NCBI GenBank assembly: GCA_964016885.1
Contig: OZ024757.1
Location: 6,262,001-6,326,000, forward strand
From: Eledone cirrhosa
Taxonomy: Eukaryota
DNA length: 64,000 nt
Direction: 5' to 3'
Shown: piece after piece, positions 14,272 to 27,366 of the stretch
How the letters are laid out: every line of letters starts with the position of its first letter
Position numbering within the stretch: position 1 is the first letter of the stretch
The notes under the pieces: model-generated
Database searches by the model: none
Seen by the model: only the letters and a program-made list of their open reading frames with translations
Told to the model about the DNA's origin: nothing
Translations under genes and position numbers: made by a program

Positions 14272-17200
14272 ATGGAGGCTGCAGAAATAGTTAGTGTAGA
14301 AGACCAAATTATAAGTAGACAGTTACCCGAAGTAGTATATGACAGGGAGGATTTGGTGATTCCACTACAACAGACTATTAGGGAAAATAAATCTAAGGTA
14401 AAAGTGTTAACTGAAATCCCCTTGAAGAACGATATCACAGTACCATGCCAAATATTATATACACCTGTTCCTCCAGTAGTAAACACTGTAAAAGTTACTG
14501 TAGAAGACACTGTAGAATATTACCCTCTACCATTAAAATATATTGTACCCATAAAGGATGGTACTATGAGCTATATCCCACGTATATTAACACTAAAGTA
14601 CACACCACCAACTGGCTGTTGTTGTATGGTACACTGTCAATCAGTGGTCACTGATATCGATGGGTTTAACCAAAATGTGGTAATTGCCACATTACCATTT
14701 GACAATCAAATTCTGTTCTTCTCACCCTCTAGTGTTGCAATAAAAACTCTTGAAGTCGGCTTTCATAAAATTTCATATTATAAAGATAGTAGATTCCTAG
14801 GTTTTAAATTATTAGAAAAAAAAATATATATGGTAAATTGGATTGAAAAAACATATACTGAGCAATTTGAGGTGAAACATGAGCCGAGAAGTATAGCCAT
14901 AGGGCCAGACGATCGTGTTTTAGTAATATTTTATAATTTAACCGTTATAATCTGTTATGATCTGAATGGTCATAAATTATTTCAATTTCACCTCCATTCT
15001 AAGGACATTCCTGCTGACATCACCGTTTTCAGGAATTATTTTTATGTATTTCAAGGGCAGGTTATTTATAAGATCTCCTCAATAGGTGGCATCTCTCAAA
15101 AGGATATTGGGATAAACACTCAATATATTACATTTGACTTAAATAATATGTTTGTATCTGATGTTTCTGGTCAGATATATAGTTTTAAGACAAAAAAGTG
15201 TTGGCCAAAGATGTCTTATTATCAAAAGACCCAAACACCCTGTCTGAATGACAAAATTAATATAACAAGATATATGAGATTCTACCTATGTCACGATCTT
15301 CTGTATTAGTTGTATACATGGATCTGAAAGCTATACTATACACTTACAGTGGGACAGAATTGTGTAGAGGTAAGGAATTAATATTTAAGTCCAAACCATC
15401 TAGATTTTGCAGAATAGACTCCAGCAAATTTCTGGTTCTATTCAATAAAACTAGAACTATACAACATATACAACATATTACATGTCCTGAACTAAAAGAA
15501 GGTAATCTCTATTGTTTAGATAAGAATTACATTCAAATATGTCATGTAGTATTAGATAGGTTTATGGCTTTGACCACTTGTGGAATGAACGAGGTCCATA
15601 AATTAAAGATTGAGGAAGACAAGGTAGAATGTGAAAACCTAAAATCATTAGAACATGGTGATGTCAGTATAGCTACAACTCCAACTTATTTTGTTATTTT
15701 AGATAAGAAATATCGTAAATTAATATTTCATTCTAGTTTCGGTGAAGAAGAACTTTTCGAAACATATTTTGATTTTAACAGCCGTCCCAATCATATCTAC
15801 TCAGACACTTTTTACTTGTATATTATCTTCCCTACACTCTCTATTATGGCATGTTATGATATTTATGGAGAATATAAATGGAAATTAAAACTTCCGGTAG
15901 CTTCTCGCTTTTGTAATGGTATTTGTGAAGGAACTATATATCTATTTGACCATAACCTAGGGAGTATTCTTGTTTACAACTGTGAATCATCCATTTGTCA
16001 TTTAAAAAAGTTAAATCCTTATATCAGAAATCCAACGATACGACACAAAGAAAAGGATGATAATAAAATTGCAATTGCTGAAACATGTTATCTACCCAAC
16101 GGACAGTTGGTGGTGTCTGACATAAATAATTCTTGCTTATTATACATTTCTAAGAAAGAAGGAGAAGAAATAAAAGTGTTATCTACATTATATCTGCCAT
16201 CTGTAGCTACAGATATATGTAGATGGGGTTCTAGTCAATTGGCTGTCACATTACCCCTAGAGAAAGAATTAAGGCTTATTGGAAACCTATCAAAAACAGT
16301 TAGAATGATATCATTAAAGCACCCTTATGTACAGATATGGAAGTTTGGTGAGGGTAGAATTGTTGGTTATTGTGACAACAAACCAAACTATATAGACATT
16401 GTATCTGTTCAAAAACATAACCAGGGTGAAGTAATGTCTAGGGTCCCTATTCCATGTCAAATAAACTCATTAGCAATAGACAATGATACATTCAATATAG
16501 TTATGGTAGCTAAGAAAAAAATGTTTATGTACGAAACTATATCAAAAAAGGGTCAACGAGGTATTTTAAGTGGTCCCAGCTCTATTTCGGAGCCCAACTT
16601 TAAACCACTTTCTGATCTATATGGTGGATGTATTGATAACACTTGTCATTATCTGATAGACAAAGATGGTGTGTTGGCTATAAATAGGCATAACTCTGTG
16701 ATGGTAGATCTGGTGACAAGGAAACAGTCTAACATGTTTATTGACATGGTAGATGTATTTTCTAGAAACATCTGTGTCAGTGAAATGTTTTCTTCTACAT
16801 TATATCTGCAGGATCTGACAGTTTCTGATAAAGCTAAGGAATTGTTACCTCCTCCTTGTTTGGAAGACACAAGACCAGTGGGTGGTGGTGGTCATTATGG
16901 TGGGAAAGAGAAGAGTTTGGTTGTTGTTACTGAAAATAACCTGATTGCATTATATGACGACAATAACAACAACATTAAAATATTAACATTTGATGGTCAA
17001 ATTGTTGACTTTATCAAATTAAATAACAATCTCCCTAAACATATATGTCGTTGGGGGTCAAACACACTGGTCATTACCACTGGTACTGACAAGCTGTTAA
17101 CTTTAGAAGTGGAGTTTCCATTGTATTTGGTAAGTTATAAGACAGACCATAGCTATTATGGTATAGCTTCTTTGTTAGACAACCAACTAGTGTGTAGTAG

Positions 17201-18935
17201 TGTAGATAGAGGTAGAGATAGAGATAGACATAGATTGTTTGTCATTGATATTGATGAAATACATTCAACTGTGGATGTAAAGAAAGAAATAAACATACCT
17301 GAGTTCATCAATGTCGTAGAATATAGTTATGGTAGAGGTCCTCCCATCTCTGATATTGTAGTTAATGTTAAGAATGAGATTATATTTCACAATGGTAGAT
17401 ATATCACTTTCTTCAGATATAAAACTGGTTATTTACATTCACACAGACAATATTATGAAGACATACCACTAAACACCTGTATAACAACAGATGACAATTA
17501 TTTGTACATTTATGGACAGTGGAGATTATATAACTTCAATAATGACAGAGATTACCAGATTGTTTGTTTGTCACAGACTGGTAAATACAGGGAAATATTT
17601 TTAAATAAAAGACATTATAGACATAAGATATCTTTCACCAGTATTAACTGTAAAGGTCCAAGGTTTGTTGGATATGACTGGAGGAGAAGGTGTTTATATG
17701 TTGAAGGTTTATATGAACTTAATAGGGAAACATTCCCTGTTTGTCGTGTAAAAACAGACCAAAGCTCTGTTGAAATAAAAGATATGGACATCACTGATGA
17801 TGGACAAACAGTTGTCTATGAAATAACCAATTATGGTAATGTTAAAATATTTCAGAGAGATGGGGAACTGTTATGTCACAGAAATATTGAAACTTTAGTT
17901 GGTGGGGTCTGTTTTACAGAAGAAGGAGATTTTATTATGGTTACACTTCCTAATGAATATCAATTAATTCAACTAGAGAAGGAAGATTTGACAGAATATC
18001 ATGTTTGGTCCAGTTCTCTACCTTATGGTCGTATATCGAGGATAGAAGAAAATATTTACTTCTGTCGACATATCAACTTGACAGAATATCATAAGATAAA
18101 GATTGATGACAACAAACTGAATGTTCTGGAGCATGGGACATTACATCTGGATTGTCATCTGCCTCAAGCAAGATGTACTACTACTACTTCAGGTGAAATA
18201 ATTAACAATTTACTAGAGGTGAGACGTGGTAATTACAAGGCAGAGTGTATCTCAGGAAATGATGAAATATCAGTGAGATTTTTACCACATGTTATGAACA
18301 TGTCTTATCTTTCCTATCCCATGTATTCTGACATATCTAAATATACTGAGAGATGTCAGGTTGATGAGGAGGAATATTTTGAGGAATATGAGAGGGACAT
18401 GTTCAACTACAGTAAACTAATTATGTTACATGACAATGTGGCAGTGTTCATGTTGAGGAATATTATCACAGTAACAACAACAGAAGGTAAAATAATCCAT
18501 GGCAAAATATTACCAGAAACACCAATAGACATTTGCAGATGGTCAGATAATTGTTTTATTCTCCTTTACTATCATAAAATGGTGATTTACAGAGAAAATA
18601 TTTCTCACATTAAAAAGGTGAAACTTGAGAAATACTACAACCATATCTATAAAAAGAATCGCAACCAACTTGTGTGTACTTTTGATGGTGATGGTGATAT
18701 GTTTAAATATAACAGTGAGGTATATGGTGGTGGTGATGGTGGTGGTGGTATGTTTAAATATAACAGTGAGGTATATGGTGGTGGTGGTGGTATGTTTAAA
18801 TATAACAGTGAGGTATATGGTGGTGGTGGTGGTGGTATGTTTAAATATCACCCTGGGGACTCTCCTTATCTAGATATAGTTTGTATCTACAGTGGAACAG
18901 TGAAATACAGTGTTGAAGTGTCTGTTAGAGACGAG
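14272..18935 (+). pseudogene. Tandem beta-propeller (NHL/TolB-like) repeat protein, copy A, split by a 10-bp deletion into ORFs 14272-15309 and 15288->gap
   Basis: Near-identical to copy B. GAGTACCCTA is missing between 15264 and 15265. The second ORF stays open to the N gap. Confidence 0.75.
18699..18848 (+). repeat. In-frame coding tandem repeat (MFKYNSEVYGGGG.. x3 plus a partial unit) in copy A
   Basis: atgtttaaatataacagtgaggtatatggtggtggt is repeated; copy B has about 1.5 units at ~19700-19760. Confidence 0.9.
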
Positions 18936-19135
18936 NNNNNNNNNNNNNNNNNNNNNNNNNNNNNNNNNNNNNNNNNNNNNNNNNNNNNNNNNNNNNNNNN
19001 NNNNNNNNNNNNNNNNNNNNNNNNNNNNNNNNNNNNNNNNNNNNNNNNNNNNNNNNNNNNNNNNNNNNNNNNNNNNNNNNNNNNNNNNNNNNNNNNNNNN
19101 NNNNNNNNNNNNNNNNNNNNNNNNNNNNNNNNNNN
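18936..19135. other. Assembly gap (200 N)
   Basis: Run of N. The round length suggests a scaffolding placeholder of unknown true size. Confidence 0.99.
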
Positions 19136-22100
19136 AGATATGGTCTGTCATATATATTATATGATATTAGTTGTGGTGTTTCTAATGTCCTGACTAACTG
19201 TTCTTCTCTGTACCAACAGATAGAACTGTACCACCTCCACCCCCTCCTCCTCTCTGACTTGACAACAACAATGTCTTCACTTGATGTGACACCAACTGCT
19301 GAGACTCTCTCCTCCTCCACTACCTCCTCCTCTAACCTGTGTACCTCCTCCCTTAACCTGTCTTCCTCCTTCCTTAACCTGTCTTCCTCCTCCTCTAACC
19401 TGTCTACCTCCTCCTTTAACCTGTCTACCTCCTCCCTTAACCTGTCATGGACCTCCTTCATCTTCTCATTGTCCCTCCTCAACCTCTTCAACTCCTCCTC
19501 CACCCTCCTCCTCTCCCCCTCCACCCTCCTCCTCTCCCCCACCACCCTCTCCCTCTCCCTCACCACCCACTCCAACTCCCCCTTCACCCTCTCCAGCTCC
19601 GCCACCTTCTCCTCGTCTCTAACAGACACTTCAACACTGTATTTCACTGTTCCACTGTAGATACAAACTATATCTAGATAAGGAGAGTCCCCAGGGTTAT
19701 ATTTAAACACATCATCATCACCACCACCACCACATACCTTACTGTTATATATAAACATATCACCATCACCATCAAAAGCACACACAAGTTGGTAGCCATT
19801 CTTTTTATAGATACAGTTGTAATATTTCTCAAGATTCACCTTTTTAATGTGAGAAATATCTTCTCTGTAAATCACCATTTTATGATAGTAAAGGAGAATA
19901 AAACAATTATCTGACCATCTGCAAATGTCTATTGGTGTTTCTGGTAATATTTTGTCATGGATTATTTTACCTTCTGTTGTTGTTACTGTGATAATATTCC
20001 TCAACATGAACACTGCCACATTGTCATGTAACATAATTAGTTTACTGTAGTTGATGATGTCCCTCCTATATTCCTCCAAATATTCCCACTCATCAACCTG
20101 ACATCTCTCAGTATATTTAGATATGTCAGAATACATGGGATAGGAAAGATAAGACATGTTCATAACATGTGGTAAAAATCTCACTGACATTTCATCATTT
20201 CCTGAGATACACTCTGCCTTGTAATTACCACGTCTCACCTCTAGTAAATTGTTAATTATTTCACCTGAAGTAGTAGTAGTACATCTTGCTTGAGGCAGAT
20301 GACAATCCAGACGTAATGTCCCATGTTCCAGAACATTCAGTTTGTTGTCATCAATCTTTATCATATGATATTCTGTCAAGTTGATATGTCGACAGAAGTA
20401 AATATTTTCTTCTATCCTCGATATACGACCATAAGGTAGAGAACTGGACCAAACATGATGTTCTGTCAAATCTTCCTTCTCTAGTTGAATTAATTGATAT
20501 TCATCAGGAAGTGTAACCATAATAAAATCTCCTTCTTCTGTAAAACACACCCCACCAACTAAAGTTTCAATATTTCTGTGACATAACAGTTCCCCATCTC
20601 TCTGAAATATTTTAACATTACCATAATTGGTTATTTCATAGACAACTGTTTGTCCATCATCAGTGATGTCCATATCTTTTATTTCAACAGAGCTTTGGTC
20701 TGTTTTTACACGACAAACAGGGAATGTTTCCCTATTAAGTTCATATAAACCTTCAACATATAAACACCTTCTCCTCCAGTCATATCCAACAAACCTTGGA
20801 CCTTTACAGTTAATACTGGTGAAATATATGTCATGTCTATAATGTCTTTTATTTAAAAATATTTCCCTGTATTTACCAGTCTGTGACAAACAAACAATCT
20901 GGTAATCTCTGTAATCCAAGTTATATAATCTCCAGTGTCCATAAATGTACAAATAATTGTCATCTGTTGTTATACAGGTGTTTGGTGGTGTGGTATCATA
21001 ATATTGTCTGTGTGAATGTAAATAACCAGTTTTATATCTGAAGAAAGTGATATATCTACCACTGTGAAATATAATCTCATTCTTAACATTAACTACAATA
21101 TCAGAGATGGGAGGACTACCAAATCTATAGTCTACGACATTGATGAACTCAGGTATGTTTATTTCTTTCTTTACATCCACAGTTGAATGTATTTCATCAA
21201 TATCAATGACAAACAATCTATGTCTATCTCTATATCTATCTATATCTCTATCTCTCTCTACACTACTACACACTAGTTGGTTGTCTAACAAAGAAGCTAT
21301 ACCATAATACCTATGGTCTGTCTTATAACTTACCAAATACAATGGAAACTCCACTTCTAAAGTTAACAGCTTGTCAGTACCAGTGGTAATGACCAGTGTG
21401 TTTGACCCCCAACGACATATATGTTTAGGGAGATTGTTATTTAATTTGATAAAGTCAACAATTTGACCATCAAATGTTAATATTTTAATGTTGTTGTTAT
21501 TGGAGTCATATAATGCAATCAGGTTATTTTCAGTAACAACAACCAAACACTTCTCCCCCCCAACATAACCACCACGACCACCCACTGGTGTTGTGTCTAC
21601 CAAACAAGGAGGAGGTAACAATTCCTTAGCTTTATCAGAAACTGTCAGATCCTGCAGATATAATGTAGAAGAAAACATTTCACTGACACAGATGTTTCTA
21701 GAAAATACATCTACCATGTCAATAAACATGTTAGACTGTTTCCTTGTCACCAGATCTACCACCACAGAGTTATGCCTATTTATAGCCAACACACCATCTT
21801 TGTCTATCAGATAATGACAAGTGTTATCAATACATCCACCATATAGATCAGAAAGTGGTTTAAAGTTGGGCTCCGAAATAGGGCTGGGACCACTTAAAAT
21901 ACCTCGTTGACCCTTTTTTGATATAGTTTCGTACATAAACATTTTTTTCTTAGCCACCATAAATATATTTAATGTATCATTGTCTATTGCTAATGAGTTT
22001 ATTTGACATGGAATAGGGACCCTAGACATTACTTCACCCTGGTTATGTTTTTGAACAGATACAATGTCTATATAGTTTGGTTTGTTGTCACAATAACCAA

Positions 22101-24201
22101 CAATTCTACCCTCACCAAACTTCCGTATCTGTACATAAGGGTGCTTTAATGATATCATTCTAACTGTTTTTGATAGGTTTCCAATAAGCCTTAATTCTTT
22201 CTCTAGGGGTAATGTGACAGCCAATTGACTAGAACCCCATCTACATATATCTGTAGCTACAGATGGCAGATATAATGTAGATAACACTTTTATTTCTTCT
22301 CCTTCTTTCTTAGAAATGTATAATAAGCAAGAATTATTTATGTCAGACACCACCAACTGTCCGTTGGGTAGATAACATGTTTCAGCAATCGCAATTTTAT
22401 TATCATCCTTTTCTTTGTGTCGTATCGTTGGATTTCTGATATAAGGATTTAACTTTTTTAAATGACAAATGGATGATTCACAGTTGTAAACAAGAATACT
22501 CCCTAGGTTATGGTCAAATAGATATATACTTCCTTCACAAATACCATTAGAGAAGCGAGAAGCTACCGGAAGTTTTAATTTCCATTTATATTCTCCATAA
22601 ATATCATAACATGCCATAATAGAGAGTGTAGGGAAGATAACATACAAGTAAAAAGTGTCTGAGTAGATATGATTGGGACGGCTGTTAAAATCAAAATATG
22701 TTTCGAAAAGTTCTTCTTCACCTAAACTAGAATGAAATATTAATTTACGATATTTCTTATCTAAAATAACAAAATAAGTTGGAGTTGTAGCTATACTGAC
22801 ATCACCATGTTCTAATGATTTTATTTTTTCACATTTTACCTTGTCTTCCTCAATCTTTAATTTATGGACCTCATTCATTCCACAAGTGGTCAAAGCCATA
22901 AACCTATCTAATACTACATGACATATTTGAATGTAATTCTTATCTAAACAATAGAGATTACCTTCTTTTAGTTCAGGACATGTAATATGTTGTATATGTT
23001 GTATAGTTCTAGTTTTATTGAATAGAACCAGAAATTTGCTGGAGTCTATTCTGCAAAATCTAGATGGTTTGGACTTAAATATTAATTCCTTACCTCTACA
23101 CAATTCTGTCCCACTGTAAGTATATAGTATAGCTTTCAGATCCCTGTATACAACTAATACAGAAGATCGTGACATAGGTAGAATCTCATATATATTGTTA
23201 GGGTACTCTATATTAATTTTGTCATTCAAACAGGGTGTTTGGGTCTTTTGATAATAAGACATCTTTGGCCAAAACTTTTTTGTCTTAAAACAATATATCT
23301 GACCAGAAACATCAGATACAAACATATTATTTAAGTCAAATGTAATATATTGAGTGCTTATCCCAATATCCTTTTGAGAGATGCCACCTATTGAGGAGAT
23401 CTTATAAATAACCTGCCCTTGAAATACATAAAAATAATTCCTGAAAACGGTGATGTCAGCAGGAATGTCCTTAGAATGGAGGTGAAATTGAAATAATTTA
23501 CGACCATTCAGATCATAACAGATTATAACGGTTAAATTATAAAATATTACTAAAACACGATCGTCTGGCCCTATGGCTATACTTCTCGGCTCATGTTTCA
23601 CCTCAAATTGCTCAGTATATGTTTTTTCAATCCAATTTACCATATATATTTTTTTTTCTAATAATTTAAAACCTAGGAATCTACTATCTTTATAATATGA
23701 AATTTTATGAAAGCCGACTTCAAGAGTTTTTATTGCAACACTAGAGGGTGAGAAGAACAGAATTTGATTGTCAAATGGTAATGTGGCAATTACCACATTT
23801 TGGTTAAACCTATCAATATCAGTGACCAGTGATTTACAGTGTACCATACGACAACAGCCAGTTGGTGGTGTGTACTTTAGTGTTAATACACGTGGGATAT
23901 AGCTCATAGTACCATCCTTTAAGGGTACAATATATTTTAATGGTAGAGAGTAATATTCTACAGGGTCTTCTACAGTAACTTTTACAGTGTCTACTACTGG
24001 AGGAACAGGTGTATATAATATTTGGTATGGTACTGTGATATCTTTCTCAAAGGGGATTTCAGTTAACACTTTTACCTTAGATTTATTTTCCCTAATAGTC
24101 TGTTGTAGTGGAATCACCAAATCCTCCCTGTCATATACTACTTGGGGTAACTGTCTACTTAGAATTTGGTCTTCTACACTAACTATTTCTGCAGCCTCCA
24201 T
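19136..24201 (-). CDS. Single-exon ~1690+ aa protein with about six tandem NHL/TolB-like beta-propeller modules and a coiled-coil insert; 3' end lost in the gap (copy B)
   Basis: 5 kb open frame in AT-rich DNA. Recurring blade motifs every ~230-300 aa: LVTDIDRFNQNVVIATLP, KPSRFCRIDSSKFLVLF, VATDICRWGSSQLAVTLP, LPKHICRWGSNTLVITT, LVGGVCFTEEGDFIMVTLP, TPIDICRWSDNCFILLY; also CYLPNGQLVVSDINN. The fold is assigned from motif resemblance to molluscan TRIM C-terminal propellers, not from a search. Confidence 0.85.
19310..19615 (-). repeat. Purine-rich 21-bp coding repeats forming a heptad coiled coil (EEVDRLK / ERRRVEG)
   Basis: ttaacctgtc(t)..ctcctcc units at ~19330-19460 and ccaccctcctcctctcccc units at ~19500-19545. 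Confidence 0.85.
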
Positions 24202-27200
24202 TGTTTGTCTCTACTTCTACAACTGGTTATATATATGTATATATATGTGTGTGTGTATATGTGTTATGTGTATGAATGTAATTCCAAACACCTTCACAAT
24301 TTCAAAATTTTCAGATAAATTTACCAAATCTAAAATGAAATATAGGAAAAAGAAATATTGATTAGTTTTGTGAAAATATTAGTTTTTCAAATAAATGGAT
24401 TAATAAGAAAACATCATTTTCTCTAAATATATTAAATCCAGCTGTTTATTTGGCAAATATGATCAACAATGAGAATAATCACTAAAAATAAATGTTAACA
24501 AAGAAAAATATGATATTACATGTATTGTATGAAGAAAGTCCTAGTGAGAAAATGTAGTTACACAGAATATAGGTATTGCCAATGAATATATATAAGAAGT
24601 ATTGCCAACTTGGAGCACCCCCTGGTGCTCAAGTGGTCACACATGCCATTCAAACAAAGAAGGTGGCTTGGAAATAAGTCCTTCTTGCACTTGCAGGACA
24701 AGCAGTCATGAAAAGTCACAGCAGAGACGACAGTCAGGTGTCTAAAATTAAGACATGGGAAATATTTGGGGTTAAGCTGGAATCCAACTTCAGATCAACA
24801 AATATTTATGGGCTCATGCACAGCCAAGTTGGAAGAGGTATCAAGACTGGTGAGTGTAAGATCAGTCGGCTGATTTTGCAGACGTCATCGTACTACTTAA
24901 CTCAAGAGAAGGTGATCTCTGACATGCATTTGACAGATTTGATGCCAAGTGCTGCACGGCAGGAATGAAAATCAGTGATGCAAAGACTGAGACACTCATC
25001 CTCTCAAGGAAGCCTGTTTAGTGCACTCCACAAGTGAATGGAGTTACACCAAATGCTTCAGCATTCGGTCATTAGAAGAAAGGAGGTATGTGTGAAAGCT
25101 GAACTCGATATCTTCAATTTGTTTAGGTGCCAACCCTTAACTATCGTCATGAATCTTGTTTAATGATCGAAAGAATATGATTGCATATACTATTGGCTGA
25201 AATGGGGTTCCTTTGAAGGGTCTTTGGAGCAATGTTACTCAATAGAATGAGTAACTCGGAGATCAGAGAGTCACTCCAGGTAGAGCCGCTACTTCTCCGA
25301 ATTGAGAGATCTCAACTCTGATACTACAGACATGAGGTTAGAATGTCTCAGGAAAGAATTGTTGAAAAGATTTTATGAGCAAAGCCAACCATCAGGAGTA
25401 CCTGGGTAGACCCTGAGCAAGATGGTTGGATAACATCCATGAGCTTGGCTGGTTTCACTTGGGCATTCAGCTGGATCAGTTGGAGACAGTTGCTTCTGAC
25501 AGGACCCATTGGAAGGAGTACTTGAGAAATATTCCCCCACTGCCCTCCTCCCAGGAATATATCAGCAAAGAAGAATATATATATTATAAACCCCATTTGT
25601 AAGCCAAGGCAGCTAATCAACACAAGTTTAGGTGGTGTGGCTTTGAAATTCTCATGAGTATAAAATATATTTATGAAGTTTTAGTATTTTAATCTTTAAA
25701 ATGTTTTAAGTGTCTTTTAGAATATAGTTTTTGTTACACAACTCCATTACATAATGCTTTTTTACCATTTCATCTGTTTTCTTCTTTGCCAACTTATTCC
25801 TGATAGGGTCAGGGTGTAGAGTCCTCAAACTCTCCTTCCAGTGGGTCCTGTCAGAAGCAACCATCTCCAACTGATCCAGCTGCATGCCCAAGCACGTCTT
25901 GTTCGGGATCCACCCCTGTGTCTTTTGCTGGTTGTTTTACCCATAACATCTGTCCAGCGATTCTTTCCTGAGACATTCTAACCTCATGCCCAGAGTATTG
26001 GCGCTGTCATCTCTCAATTCAGAGAAGTAGTTGCTCTACCTGCAATGACTGATCTCTAAGCTATGCACTTTATCGAGTAACGTTATTCAAAAGACCCTTC
26101 GGAAGTATCCCATTCTAGCCCCATGCCTATAGTATCGGAGCTGTGATCTCTCAATTCAGAGAAGTAGCAGCTCTACTCGGAGTGACTTTCTGATCTCTGA
26201 GCTACACACTCTATCGAGTAACAATACTACAAAGACGCTTCGCAGGAACCTCATTCACGATTATATTTTTGGGGTCATTATCCAAGATTCATGACCCTAG
26301 GTAAGGGTTGGCATGAATGTCGAATTGAAACAGTGAGTTTGGCTTTTACTCCTTCCTACCTTCTGATTAATGAAGCTGGCATATTACTGTACCAGTCTTT
26401 GTAATTCTTACACTTAATTTAGCCTCTTGCCTACCATCACTCGTGAACATGGCCCCAAGATACTTGAACTTCTCTACCTGCTTCAGTGGAACTCCATTCA
26501 CATGTAGAGTACACTGCACTGGCTTCCATGAGAGGACAAGTGTCTCAGTTTTCACAGTACTGATTTTCATTCCAGCCATGCAGCACTCGGCAACAAACCT
26601 ATCAAGTGCAAGTCAAATATCATCTTCTGTCGAGTTAAATAACACCATGTCATCATCAAATTCCAGCCAAGTGATTTTACAGCCGCCAGACATGATACCA
26701 CTTCCAACCCAGCTGCGTATATCAATCCTGTTCATGTAAATAACAAACAGGAGAGTTGACAGTATACACCCTTGGTGGAGTCCAACTCCCATATTGAATG
26801 GTTTCTATTTAACACCATTTATCCCAACATAGATATTCAGGCATTGATATAGAGACATCAGGGCAGCAAGAAGTTGACTATCAATCACATACTCCTGTAC
26901 AGCCTACCACAGCAGGTGGCCAAGGAACGTAGTCATATGCCTTTTCAAAGTCAACAAAATATATGAGTATATACAGTATATATAATATTGTATGGACCTA
27001 ATAAAATAGTACATTTAACTTACGTATTTTATAATCACTTTCGTCGATTTCATTGGTTTTGTATTAGAAACTGGTAATTGGGAATCTGAAATAATGGAAT
27101 ATTATTGATAAAAACATTTTTATTTTTACATAAATGTAAGTAAAGTCTCAAAAATAAGTTTTAAATAACAAAAAAAGAAATTATGAATATAAAACTGATA

Positions 27201-27310
27201 TTATCATCATCACCATCATACATGTGTATTTCTGTGCTGGATAGGTTGGATGGATTGTTACAGACCAACCCAATATTTAATAAAAGCTACTGTCTTCTTA
27301 CAGACCGAAT

Positions 27311-27366
<56 letters not shown>

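Larger units (their letters stand above)
6104..18935 (+). repeat. Left arm of the large inverted duplication
   Basis: Collinear reverse complement of ~19612-30914, with matching unique sequence, TE fragments and gene. Confidence 0.95.

Noticed and set aside
18870-19193. ORFs crossing the N run, including the listed ends of the 1301-aa and 1758-aa ORFs
   Set aside because: Translation through an unsized gap is meaningless, so the true stop codons of both gene copies are not visible.
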